Shown: positions 8,326 through 16,410 of the stretch, one piece after another
Position numbering within the stretch: the stretch's first letter is position 1
Layout of the letters: each line of letters opens with the position of its first letter
Assembly (NCBI RefSeq): GCF_000341395.1
Contig: NC_020304.1
Span: forward strand, 1,350,001-1,382,000
Source of the DNA: Desulfocapsa sulfexigens DSM 10523
GTDB taxonomy: Bacteria > Desulfobacterota > Desulfobulbia > Desulfobulbales > Desulfocapsaceae
DNA: 32,000 nucleotides
Direction of reading: 5' to 3'
Translations under genes and position numbers: made by a program
The notes under the pieces: generated by a model
Seen by the model: only the letters and a program-made list of their open reading frames with translations
The model's database searches: none
What the model was told of the DNA's origin: nothing

Positions 8326-8496
8326 CAGGTGTTTACATTTTATAGCTTATGTTTTTAATGAAATACCAAGCTCATGTGGCATTGTTCTTACACTATCATT
8401 GCTCTTTGACCCAAAAATAAATACGGTGAGTTTCTGTGTCAATACTGTGGAAAATATTTTTTGCATTAACCTTAAAAATTACTTTAAAGGCTGCAG

Positions 8497-8525
8497 TTGA
8501 CAAAGTAATATCCGCTCGGTATTTT
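8497..8525 (+). promoter_or_regulatory. Candidate sigma-70 promoter for the 195-aa ORF
   Basis: TTGACA (8497-8502), a 17-nt spacer, then TATTTT (8520-8525). AAGGAGG follows at 8533-8539 and the ATG at 8546. Confidence 0.4.
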
Positions 8526-8545
8526 TGTAAGAAAGGAGGTTTGAA

Positions 8546-9133
8546 ATGAATGACAAGAGCAAATTAAGTCTTTTGGAACAGTCGAGGATTTCTTTTGAAG
8601 ATCTAAGGATGAAACAATCTGTTCGGACTACATTCAAATTGCCAGAGGAAGTTATTGCCTTACTTGGCATAATTGCAGCTCAGTTGGGTATTAAACAGAA
8701 ATCTCTTCTCGACCAGTTAACTGAAGATTCCAGATTGCTCTTTAAGTTAGCCAAAGAGGTGAATACAACCACCAGTGGCAAAGAAAAGCGCCAGGCGAAG
8801 ACGTTTGTAATCAGTAGAAGTTCTCTGAACTCAATTAACGAGGTGGCTAAAAAGCAGAAGGTTCCTCGAGATATACTTGTGGAAATATCTATAAAACGAT
8901 TGTTGCCAATTATTGAAGGAGAACTCGAAAAACACATTAAGAGAAAGCAGATCCTTGAGGAAATGAAAGAGTTCGTTGAGCAAGGTGAAACACTTCGAGA
9001 TCAAGCCAGACAGGCGCTAGGTGAAAATGACGATATTTATGAGATGATTGATGGACAGATCCAATTGGCTAAGAAAAATCTCACGACAGTCAAAGGTATA
9101 ATAAAGAAAGGGATGCCCATGGAAGATTGGTAA
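8546..9133 (+). CDS. Hypothetical protein; two ribbon-helix-helix-like segments followed by a charged helical tail (putative DNA-binding regulator)
   Basis: 195 aa with a strong RBS. Two segments have a strand-helix-helix pattern: VRTTFKLPEEVIALLGIIAAQLGIKQKSLLDQL and KTFVISRSSLNSINEVAKKQKVPRDILVEISIKRL. The fold assignment comes from reading the sequence only. Confidence 0.6.
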   Translation: MNDKSKLSLLEQSRISFEDLRMKQSVRTTFKLPEEVIALLGIIAAQLGIKQKSLLDQLTEDSRLLFKLAKEVNTTTSGKEKRQAKTFVISRSSLNSINEVAKKQKVPRDILVEISIKRLLPIIEGELEKHIKRKQILEEMKEFVEQGETLRDQARQALGENDDIYEMIDGQIQLAKKNLTTVKGIIKKGMPMEDW

Positions 9134-9217
9134 GATTTGGCGTGTTGCTCTTGATAGCCAGTGATAGGGTATAGTAATACAAAATTAAACTATACGATAC
9201 TTTTCCATTATGTTATA

Positions 9218-9244
9218 AATCAATAATTTAATTGATTATATAAT
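9218..9244 (+). promoter_or_regulatory. Palindromic operator-like site abutting a perfect -10 box upstream of the giant helicase gene
   Basis: AATCAAT (9218-9224), a 6-nt spacer, then ATTGATT (9231-9237), followed by TATAAT at 9239-9244. No good -35 is present. The ATG is at 9281 with an AAGGAA RBS. Confidence 0.35.
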
Positions 9245-9280
9245 GCCTGTTTTGGTTACGATGATTTCCAAGGAATAGGG

Positions 9281-12200
9281 ATGCCCAACAATAGCCAGGA
9301 ATTTCTTGCCCGTTGTCTCTTGTTTGATATTGAAACAAATGAGAACGGTGAGATATATGCCTTGGGCGCGTCTTTTAGTGGCAAAAAGTTTAATACCCGA
9401 CAAGGGCAGAAGGTAACGCTCCACCAACTGGCAGAGTTTGACGATTTTGGTCGCAATGCTGAGTTTGTTGTTGGCCACAATGTCCTGGCACATGATATCC
9501 CATTTCTTCGTGAACAAGATTCTTCACTGTCAATCCTGCAGAAGCCGGTAATTGATACTCTTTATCTTTCCCCTTTGGCTTTTCCAGAAAATCCCTATCA
9601 TCGATTAGTTAAAAATTACCAGATAGTCAGAGACAGTATCAACGATCCTGCAGAAGATGCTGTGCTGGCTGGCAGGGTCTTTACTGAACAGTGGGATGCC
9701 TTTTCTCAGCGGCTTAAGAGTGGATCTGATGCCCCGTTGATTTACAGAAGTTTTTTTCAAAAGGACGAAAAGTTTGTCGGCACATCTGATGCTCTTGGAG
9801 CAATGGGTGTGCCTCTTATTGAGGAAGATGAACTTTATGAAGTTTTTTCCTGGTTGGTTCAGAAGGATGTCTGTGGGGAAGCTTTGGAAAGACTTGTTGA
9901 TCAACTCGTTGATCAACGAATTGAGCATCCTCCATTAGCCTATGTCACTGCCTGGTTGACAGTTTCCGGGAGTAATTCGGTTCTTCCACCATGGGTCCGG
10001 CATCATTTTCCTGTAGTACCCACTCTCATCCATCAGTTACGAGAACAGCCTTGCAAGAATTCTCAATGTATCTATTGCAGCACAAATCATAACCCCCAGT
10101 TATTTCTAAAGAATTATTTCGGTTTTGAAGATTTCCGGTCACAACCCGCAACCGAGGATGGTCAAAGCCTGCAAGAGGCTATTGTAACAACTGGTGCTCG
10201 CAATTCTACTCTTTTTGCTACGTTACCTACGGGTGGCGGGAAGACTCTTTGTTATCAATTGCCTGCATTGATGCGGTATCGTCGAAGCAATGCATTGACT
10301 GTCGTCATCTCACCTTTGCAGGCCCTGATGAAAGACCAGGTGGACAACTTCACAAAACAGACTGGTAGTACATTGGCCACAGCCATAAATGGTATGCTGA
10401 CCATGCCTGAAAGAGGCGAGATTATGGACGGGGTCAGATTGGGTGATGTGGGGATTCTGTACGTCTCGCCGGAACAGCTGCGCAATAAATCGTTTGTCCA
10501 AACCATTAGTCAACGTGAGATCGGTGCCTGGGTCTTTGATGAAGCGCATTGTCTGTCCAAGTGGGGCCATGACTTCCGTCCTGATTATCTCTACTCTATT
10601 CGTTTTATCAGGGAATTTTCCCAGCAGGAAAAAACGAAAATCCCACCTGTTCAGTGTTTTACTGCCACAGCCAAGAAAGATGTACAATCAGAGATTATCG
10701 ATATTATTGGGCGAGAACTTGGCCTGCGGGTCATTCAATTTGCTGGAGGGCATGAGCGACAGAATCTCCACTATGAAGTATGGCCAGTAGATACCTATGA
10801 AAAGAATCAAACCATCCTGACGCTACTCAAAACCCGGTATGATAACAAAGGTAGTGTGGTCATCTACTGTGCTACCCGTAAGAACACTGAAAACCTGGCT
10901 GAGTTTTTGGCTAATGCAGGCTATACGGTGGAGGCTTTTCATGCTGGCCTTGAACCCTTTGTCAAAAAACGCATCCAAAACGATTTCATTGCTGGCGAAA
11001 TTCCCATTATCTGTGCCACTAACGCCTTTGGTATGGGCATTGACAAAGATGATGTCCGATTGGTCATCCATGCCGATATACCAGGCTCTTTAGAGAACTA
11101 TCTTCAGGAAGCTGGGCGTGCAGGACGAGACCGCAATGAGGCTGAGTGTATCCTGATTTTCACAGAGCAGGACGTTGAGGGCCAGTTTCGCATGAGCAGC
11201 AACTCGCGTTTGACTCAAAGGGAGATCGGTCAGATTTTACGTGGCCTGCGCCATTCTGCCAAGGAAGATGGAAAAGTAGTGTTGACCTCCGGGGAAATTC
11301 TCAGGCTCGGAGTTGTGGACATCGATGAGGATGAATTTGGCCAAGATAGGGATACCAGAGTTAAGACAGCAGTTTCTTGGTTGGAGAGGACAGGCTTTCT
11401 GAATCGAGATGAGAATAACACCAGGGTGTTTCAGGGAAAGCCTCTTGTCCGCAATATTGAAGAAGCCAGGGAGAAGATAGAAGAACTTGATCTTTCCAGC
11501 AGACAACAGAAACGTTGGCTTGCTATTCTTGCTACCCTGATGGAAAGCCCTCCCAGTCAGGGGTTTAGTGCTGACGATCTGGCCTGCCTGACTTCCTTTG
11601 CTCGCACTTCCGATGATCCTGAAAGCGAAACCGAAACTCAACGTGTGTTGCGTACTCTCAACGATATGGCAGAACAGGGCCTGCTCTCAAAAGAGACTAT
11701 CCTCTCAGCCTATGTCCGTTATAAGGTTAAAGGGAGCTCTGAGAAACTACTCAAACGTTTTTGTCAGGTGGAAAAAGATTTTCTGAAAATACTCGAGGAA
11801 ATATCACCAGATGTAGATCTTGATAAAAACCTGGTGATAGATCTCCGGCAGGTCAATCAGCGTCTTATCGACTTGGGCCATGACTATAGTACACCAAGCA
11901 GTTTAAGCCTGGTGCTCCGAGGTTTGAGCCGTGACGGTAAGGGCTTGGCAGGTCAGAGGGGGAGTATCAGTATTAAATCCAGAGGGAATAATCTCTTTTC
12001 CATCATGCTCCACCGGGATTGGGAATCTTTGAAAAAGACGGTAGCCATCCGGCAGCAGGCAGCCCATGTGGCTCTGCAGATTATTCAGGCCCCTTTGACA
12101 GATAAGATCTCTCCCAATGCCTCTCTTCTTTTGGAATTCACTCTTGAGGCAATTGTTGAAGGATTAAAAAGAGATCTGGTCCTCTTTTCTGCACTCAAAG

Positions 12201-14452
12201 ATCCGTTGGCTGCAGCGGAACGAGCTTTAACCTTCATGCATGAGCAGGGGGTGATTGAACTGCAACAAGGGCTGGCGGTGTTCAGGCAGGCTATGACTAT
12301 CACCATCAATCCAGAGTCCAAGGGTAAGCAATACACAAAGGCTAACTTTGAACCGTTAAAGACTCACTACTCAGAAAAGAACTTTCAGGTCCACGTAATA
12401 AATGAGTATGCCAGGTGTGCCATAAATAAGATCAGCGTGGCTATGAACCTGGTGCACTCATACTTTAATGATGAAAAGGAAGAATTTGTAAGCCGCTTTT
12501 TTCCTGGTAAGGAGGAGTTACTGGAAAGAGCTACCAGTGAACAATCGTATCAGCGAATTGTGGAGGATTTAAACAACCGAGCGCAAGAGGAAATTGTCTC
12601 CGCACCAACTGATAATAACGTCTTGATATTGGCTGGACCGGGAGCTGGTAAAACCAGAACAGTGGCACATCGAGTAGCCTTTTTGCTGAGAGTCAAAAGG
12701 GTTCGACCTGAGGCTATTCTAGTGCTCTGTTTTAATCGGAGTGCAGCGATGGGTCTACGCCGAAGACTGCGGGAACTGGTTGGGAAAGAGATGGCTTGGG
12801 TCACAACGCTAACTTTCCATGGTCTGGCCTTGAGACTGACTGGTAGGTCTCTCGTCAGGCAGACAACCGAGGTACCTCAAGAAGGAATTGACTTTTCTCA
12901 AGTCATCCAAGATGCCATTGCCTTACTCAAGGGAGAGTGCGATGTCCTTGGTTTTGTAGATGGTCAACCAAGAGATGAGCTGATGTCCAGATTCAGTCAT
13001 ATTCTTGTAGATGAGTATCAAGATATTGACGAGGAACAGTATGAGTTGGTTTCATTGTTGGCAGGAAGGACTTTAGATGAAAAGGAACAGAAACTGACTA
13101 TCTTGGCAGTTGGGGATGACGATCAAAATATCTATCGATTTCGGGGGGCAAATGTTGATTTTATTCGACGTTTCAAGGCAGATTACAAGGCGAATGTCCA
13201 CTATTTGACCGAAAACTACAGATCCTCGGTGAATATCATAGCAGCAGCCAATGGACTCATTGTTCACAACCAAGATAGGATGAAGACAGAGCATCCTATT
13301 CAAATTAACAGGGCAAGGGCTACATTACCTCCAGGTGGAAACTGGCAACTCAGTGACCAGGTTGGGCAGGGGAAGGTTCAGTGTCTTCATGTCAAAAATA
13401 AGGTCACACAGGCCCTTGTCCTTTTCGAAGAGTTGCAGCGTTTGCAAAGCCTCAGTAGTGATTTTGATTTGAATGGATGTGCAATATTGGCCAGGGAATG
13501 GCAGGAGTTGGATGTCATCCGCTCGGTCTTTGAGGCAGAGGGAATTCCTGTAAGTCTTAATTGGGGCAGGAGTGCCTTCCCAGGTTTGGCACGTATTAGA
13601 GAAAATGCTGACTTATTAACCTTTCTTCACAATTGCAGCTTAGAACAGATTACGGCAAAATCACTTTTGGATCTTCTGCCCGAGAAAGGATTAAACGAAA
13701 ATATTTGGCAGGCGAACTTGAGGACCTTGATTGGTGAGTGGCTGGATGAAACAAACAATACTCCGCAACCGATTGGACGAGTAGAGAGCTACTTTTATGA
13801 GGCTTTGGCGGATCAGCATCGCTCAAGAAATCTGGATAATGGTATCTTTCTTTCCACGGTTCACTCAATAAAGGGATTGGAGTTTGACCATGTCTTTGTT
13901 CTGGATGGCAGTTGGCAGAATAAACTTGGTCCAGAGATGGAAGAAGAGCGCAGGCTTTATTATGTGGCCATGTCCAGAGCCCGAGAGACCTTGCAACTTT
14001 TTGCAATTGAGAATTCGCAGAATCCACATATCAAAACTCTGGATGGTGATTTTCTGATTTCCAGAAGGGTCGTTCCTTCTCACAAGGTTCCGCGAATGGT
14101 TCCGCATTATGAATTACTGGGTATGAAAGATCTTTTTATTGATTTTGCGGGGTTTAAAAAAGAAAATGACCCTACCTGCAGGGTCATTAAGGAACTTAAG
14201 ATGGGAGACAGTCTGACAGTAAGGAGGGGAAACAAGTATCTGCACCTTTTTAATCATGTAGGAATCCCGGTGGCCCGTCTTTCGAAAACGGCCCAGGAAA
14301 GATGGCAAAATCGTTTGAATAGTGTCAGCCAAATAAAGGTTGTTGCTTTGGCCAGACGGTACAAGACGGACATCAAGGATCAGGAATATCAAAAAAGATG
14401 TCAAAGTGACAGTTGGGAAGTACCTATTGTTGAGCTCAGTTATTTTGATTAA
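9281..14452 (+). CDS. Giant multidomain protein: DnaQ-like DEDD 3'-5' exonuclease + RecQ-family helicase core + UvrD/PcrA-family helicase + unassigned C-terminal ~100 aa
   Basis: A single uninterrupted 1,723-aa ORF. Exonuclease motifs are LLFDIETN (nt ~9320-9340), VVGHNVLAHDIPFL and NDPAEDAVLAGRVF. RecQ motifs are LPTGGGKT (nt ~10224-10247), VISPLQALMKDQV, VFDEAHCLSKWGHDFRPDY (DEAH at 10538-10549), CFTATA, ATNAFGMGIDKDDVRLVIH and QEAGRAGRD. UvrD motifs are AGPGAGKT (12635-12655), VDEYQDID (13007-13024), AVGDDDQNIYRFRGA, TENYRSS, STVHSIKGLEFDHVFV and YYVAMSRARETL. Confidence 0.9.
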   Translation: MPNNSQEFLARCLLFDIETNENGEIYALGASFSGKKFNTRQGQKVTLHQLAEFDDFGRNAEFVVGHNVLAHDIPFLREQDSSLSILQKPVIDTLYLSPLAFPENPYHRLVKNYQIVRDSINDPAEDAVLAGRVFTEQWDAFSQRLKSGSDAPLIYRSFFQKDEKFVGTSDALGAMGVPLIEEDELYEVFSWLVQKDVCGEALERLVDQLVDQRIEHPPLAYVTAWLTVSGSNSVLPPWVRHHFPVVPTLIHQLREQPCKNSQCIYCSTNHNPQLFLKNYFGFEDFRSQPATEDGQSLQEAIVTTGARNSTLFATLPTGGGKTLCYQLPALMRYRRSNALTVVISPLQALMKDQVDNFTKQTGSTLATAINGMLTMPERGEIMDGVRLGDVGILYVSPEQLRNKSFVQTISQREIGAWVFDEAHCLSKWGHDFRPDYLYSIRFIREFSQQEKTKIPPVQCFTATAKKDVQSEIIDIIGRELGLRVIQFAGGHERQNLHYEVWPVDTYEKNQTILTLLKTRYDNKGSVVIYCATRKNTENLAEFLANAGYTVEAFHAGLEPFVKKRIQNDFIAGEIPIICATNAFGMGIDKDDVRLVIHADIPGSLENYLQEAGRAGRDRNEAECILIFTEQDVEGQFRMSSNSRLTQREIGQILRGLRHSAKEDGKVVLTSGEILRLGVVDIDEDEFGQDRDTRVKTAVSWLERTGFLNRDENNTRVFQGKPLVRNIEEAREKIEELDLSSRQQKRWLAILATLMESPPSQGFSADDLACLTSFARTSDDPESETETQRVLRTLNDMAEQGLLSKETILSAYVRYKVKGSSEKLLKRFCQVEKDFLKILEEISPDVDLDKNLVIDLRQVNQRLIDLGHDYSTPSSLSLVLRGLSRDGKGLAGQRGSISIKSRGNNLFSIMLHRDWESLKKTVAIRQQAAHVALQIIQAPLTDKISPNASLLLEFTLEAIVEGLKRDLVLFSALKDPLAAAERALTFMHEQGVIELQQGLAVFRQAMTITINPESKGKQYTKANFEPLKTHYSEKNFQVHVINEYARCAINKISVAMNLVHSYFNDEKEEFVSRFFPGKEELLERATSEQSYQRIVEDLNNRAQEEIVSAPTDNNVLILAGPGAGKTRTVAHRVAFLLRVKRVRPEAILVLCFNRSAAMGLRRRLRELVGKEMAWVTTLTFHGLALRLTGRSLVRQTTEVPQEGIDFSQVIQDAIALLKGECDVLGFVDGQPRDELMSRFSHILVDEYQDIDEEQYELVSLLAGRTLDEKEQKLTILAVGDDDQNIYRFRGANVDFIRRFKADYKANVHYLTENYRSSVNIIAAANGLIVHNQDRMKTEHPIQINRARATLPPGGNWQLSDQVGQGKVQCLHVKNKVTQALVLFEELQRLQSLSSDFDLNGCAILAREWQELDVIRSVFEAEGIPVSLNWGRSAFPGLARIRENADLLTFLHNCSLEQITAKSLLDLLPEKGLNENIWQANLRTLIGEWLDETNNTPQPIGRVESYFYEALADQHRSRNLDNGIFLSTVHSIKGLEFDHVFVLDGSWQNKLGPEMEEERRLYYVAMSRARETLQLFAIENSQNPHIKTLDGDFLISRRVVPSHKVPRMVPHYELLGMKDLFIDFAGFKKENDPTCRVIKELKMGDSLTVRRGNKYLHLFNHVGIPVARLSKTAQERWQNRLNSVSQIKVVALARRYKTDIKDQEYQKRCQSDSWEVPIVELSYFD

Positions 14453-14483
14453 AAATGGGACTGCATCAGGACCTTTTTTTTAT

Positions 14484-14512
14484 AACCTGATTACCATCGA
14501 AACTCAGCTTTG
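14484..14512. repeat. Left arm of a perfect 29-bp inverted repeat (AACCTGATTACCATCGAAACTCAGCTTTG)
   Basis: It is the exact reverse complement of 16273-16301, compared by hand. A T8 run lies just upstream. Confidence 0.95.
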
Positions 14513-14684
14513 CAACCCGGAGCTGTTCCGTGCCCATATAATCAACACGAAACAACTCTTCCTCAGGCGGGTAGGCTGAGGATCAGTGGCAATTGGGTTT
14601 TATAATGTAGAAATGGTTCTCTTCGTATGAACAGTATCTTTTGTTTCTTAAGTGGAATCGCTACTGTTTTCTTACTCTAGCCAT

Positions 14685-16235
14685 TCAGCTCCTTTTCTTG
14701 CCCCCGGAAGCGAGCGTCTGAAACTCAGGACTCGTGATGTCGGTGCGGCCGAGGCACTCTCGCATGTCCTGCACCAGCCGGCGGACGAGTCCCATGGTCG
14801 GGATGGCATTGGCCGCCAGCAGTGATTTTCTGCGTTTGGGAGAGACGACGATGTCGTAAACATCCGCATCCCAACCGCGCTTGGCGTGGATGCTTACGAT
14901 GTCCGCAGCGAGGATGTCGCTGTGCTTTGTTGGGCGCAGGAATGCTTTCTCCGTAATTGCGATTCGCTCCTTTGAAACGAGTGTTATAATTCGGCGCGTG
15001 AAAATTCCTGGGAGGATGGCGGCATTGAAAAGAAAGCCGCTGCCTAAGACGATCCACACAAATACCGTCTTTATATCGAGATCGATAAACAACGTTGCAA
15101 CGAATCCTGCGCCAAGCGCAAAGGTGACAAAGGATTGCCATGCAAGTTTTCTTGCGTTGCGCGCAGCTGGAAAGTGGTATTCGCGACTGCCATCCGCATG
15201 GTCGATGACGTCGATGCGATGGCCATGGAACTCCTCCTTAGTTCCTTGCCTGGAGGGGTGAAAAAGATCGCGTTCAAATGCAAATTCTTTAACGATGATG
15301 GGTTTTTCGTCCGTTTCGAAGATGGGGACCCCAAATGAAGCGCTGTATGTGTGATCCGTTTGAGCTGAGCTAAGTGTCAACGTCCAGCGAATTTCCGTAC
15401 TTCCTGCATTGCCGCTGTTGTCCTGCGTTGCATCTTTTGGGATGTCAAAGAGAACCGGGATCGTGCTTTCGTGAGGATTGTTGGAAGCGATATCCGTGTA
15501 GATCGTTTTTGTCTCTTCCCAAAGAACACGGTAGGAGCCGAGCGATATGCGGTGAGCCTGGTATCCGGATGAGTGATTAAATTTCGAGCAGCGCAGGGTG
15601 AGTGTAAAGCCCATGTCGCTTGCGAGCTTTTGGGAGACGTTGATAAGGCCCATCAGTTCGTCCCCGGGACTTATGGGAATCTGGTTGAGGACAAGGTTGG
15701 ACGATCCTGTCTTTCGTGCACGGAGTGTGTTCTTCAGAGCATCGAATGTAAGGTACAGCGCTCCGAATCCAAAGCCGATTGACATGAGGATGAGGGCGAT
15801 CATAGGATCAACCGGTGGATCGGTAAGGAGTATGCGCGATGATTGAGAAAATGAGTAGCTGTACAGGATAACAGCAGTAGCGCAAATATTGATAACGCTT
15901 GCGTAAAACCAGTATCCCCGCAGGCTGATCGCTTCGTTTTGACGCGATCGGTTCTCGTTCCAATCGACGCGCCAGCGCCACGGTAAGGCGGGGTGAAGGC
16001 GCTTAAGCTCAGCGTTTTTCCGCCTCTCACGGCGCATGGCGATGAATCCCTTGCGCGAAAAAATTACGGCCAGTGCGCACATGATACTTAAGTAGCCAAA
16101 CGTCGCCATGCTTACGAATTGCCCCGACAGCATTGTCATGAGACATGCAATAGCGGAGGCGATGGAGATCCCTGCGAGGATGATAAGGTAGAGGATGTAG
16201 AAAAAGGTGGAGAGGACGATCATCATATGATCCAT
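14685..16235 (-). CDS. Polytopic membrane protein of unknown function (N-terminal TM bundle, central soluble domain, 2 TM + PH-like C-terminal domain)
   Basis: 516-aa ORF, far more GC-rich than its neighbours. Hydrophobic segments sit at about aa 5-60, 105-125, 145-170 and 375-420. The C-terminus (2 TM followed by RRIITLVSKERIAITEKAFLRPTKH...IVSIHAKRG...DIVV) resembles membrane-flanked bacterial PH (DUF304-type) domains. There is no obvious Shine-Dalgarno sequence. Confidence 0.7.
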   Translation of the reverse strand: MDHMMIVLSTFFYILYLIILAGISIASAIACLMTMLSGQFVSMATFGYLSIMCALAVIFSRKGFIAMRRERRKNAELKRLHPALPWRWRVDWNENRSRQNEAISLRGYWFYASVINICATAVILYSYSFSQSSRILLTDPPVDPMIALILMSIGFGFGALYLTFDALKNTLRARKTGSSNLVLNQIPISPGDELMGLINVSQKLASDMGFTLTLRCSKFNHSSGYQAHRISLGSYRVLWEETKTIYTDIASNNPHESTIPVLFDIPKDATQDNSGNAGSTEIRWTLTLSSAQTDHTYSASFGVPIFETDEKPIIVKEFAFERDLFHPSRQGTKEEFHGHRIDVIDHADGSREYHFPAARNARKLAWQSFVTFALGAGFVATLFIDLDIKTVFVWIVLGSGFLFNAAILPGIFTRRIITLVSKERIAITEKAFLRPTKHSDILAADIVSIHAKRGWDADVYDIVVSPKRRKSLLAANAIPTMGLVRRLVQDMRECLGRTDITSPEFQTLASGGKKRS

Positions 16236-16272
16236 TTACATTTAGAGAAATGCAATTGGGCTAAAAAAGGAA

Positions 16273-16301
16273 CAAAGCTGAGTTTCGATGGTAATCAGGT
16301 T
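16273..16301. repeat. Right arm of the perfect 29-bp inverted repeat (CAAAGCTGAGTTTCGATGGTAATCAGGTT)
   Basis: It is the exact reverse complement of 14484-14512 and is followed by a T7 run. Confidence 0.95.
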
Positions 16302-16410
16302 TTTTTTGCCTTCCCGCTTTGCCAGGGGCAATCGACTTTTAATTCATAACGAAATCTCTTTTTCCACCCTACCTCATAGCACCTCTATTTTACCAGAGAA
16401 AGCAGCATGA

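Larger units (their letters stand above)
14484..16301. mobile_element. IR-bounded, compositionally foreign single-gene cassette (possible non-autonomous mobile or invertible element)
   Basis: 29-bp perfect terminal inverted repeats enclose 1.8 kb containing only the GC-rich membrane-protein gene. No transposase or recombinase lies inside, and I found no direct target duplication. Confidence 0.35.

Noticed and set aside
8376-8391. Sigma-54-like TGGCAT-N5-TTACA on the plus strand upstream of the 195-aa ORF
   Set aside because: The GG is present, but the base pair 10 nt downstream is AC, not the invariant GC of the -12 element. A TTGACA-N17-TATTTT sigma-70 candidate fits better.
9236-9517. Minus-strand ORFs 9236..9517 and 9256..9480
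   Set aside because: They overlap the start of the 1,723-aa gene on the opposite strand, where exonuclease motif I is unambiguous. They have no independent support.
14725-15334. Alternative-frame ORFs inside the GC-rich cassette (14725..15141, 14881..15261, 15071..15334, 15800..16030)
   Set aside because: High GC content suppresses stop codons, which produces spurious Arg/Pro/Ala-rich frames. Only the 516-aa frame spans the whole region and has coherent TM and soluble segments.
14474-16310. Target-site duplication flanking the 29-bp inverted repeats
   Set aside because: The outer flanks are ...TTTTTTTTAT| and |TTTTTTTGCC. Both are T-rich, but I could align no exact direct repeat or TA dinucleotide duplication, so a transposition footprint is not demonstrated.
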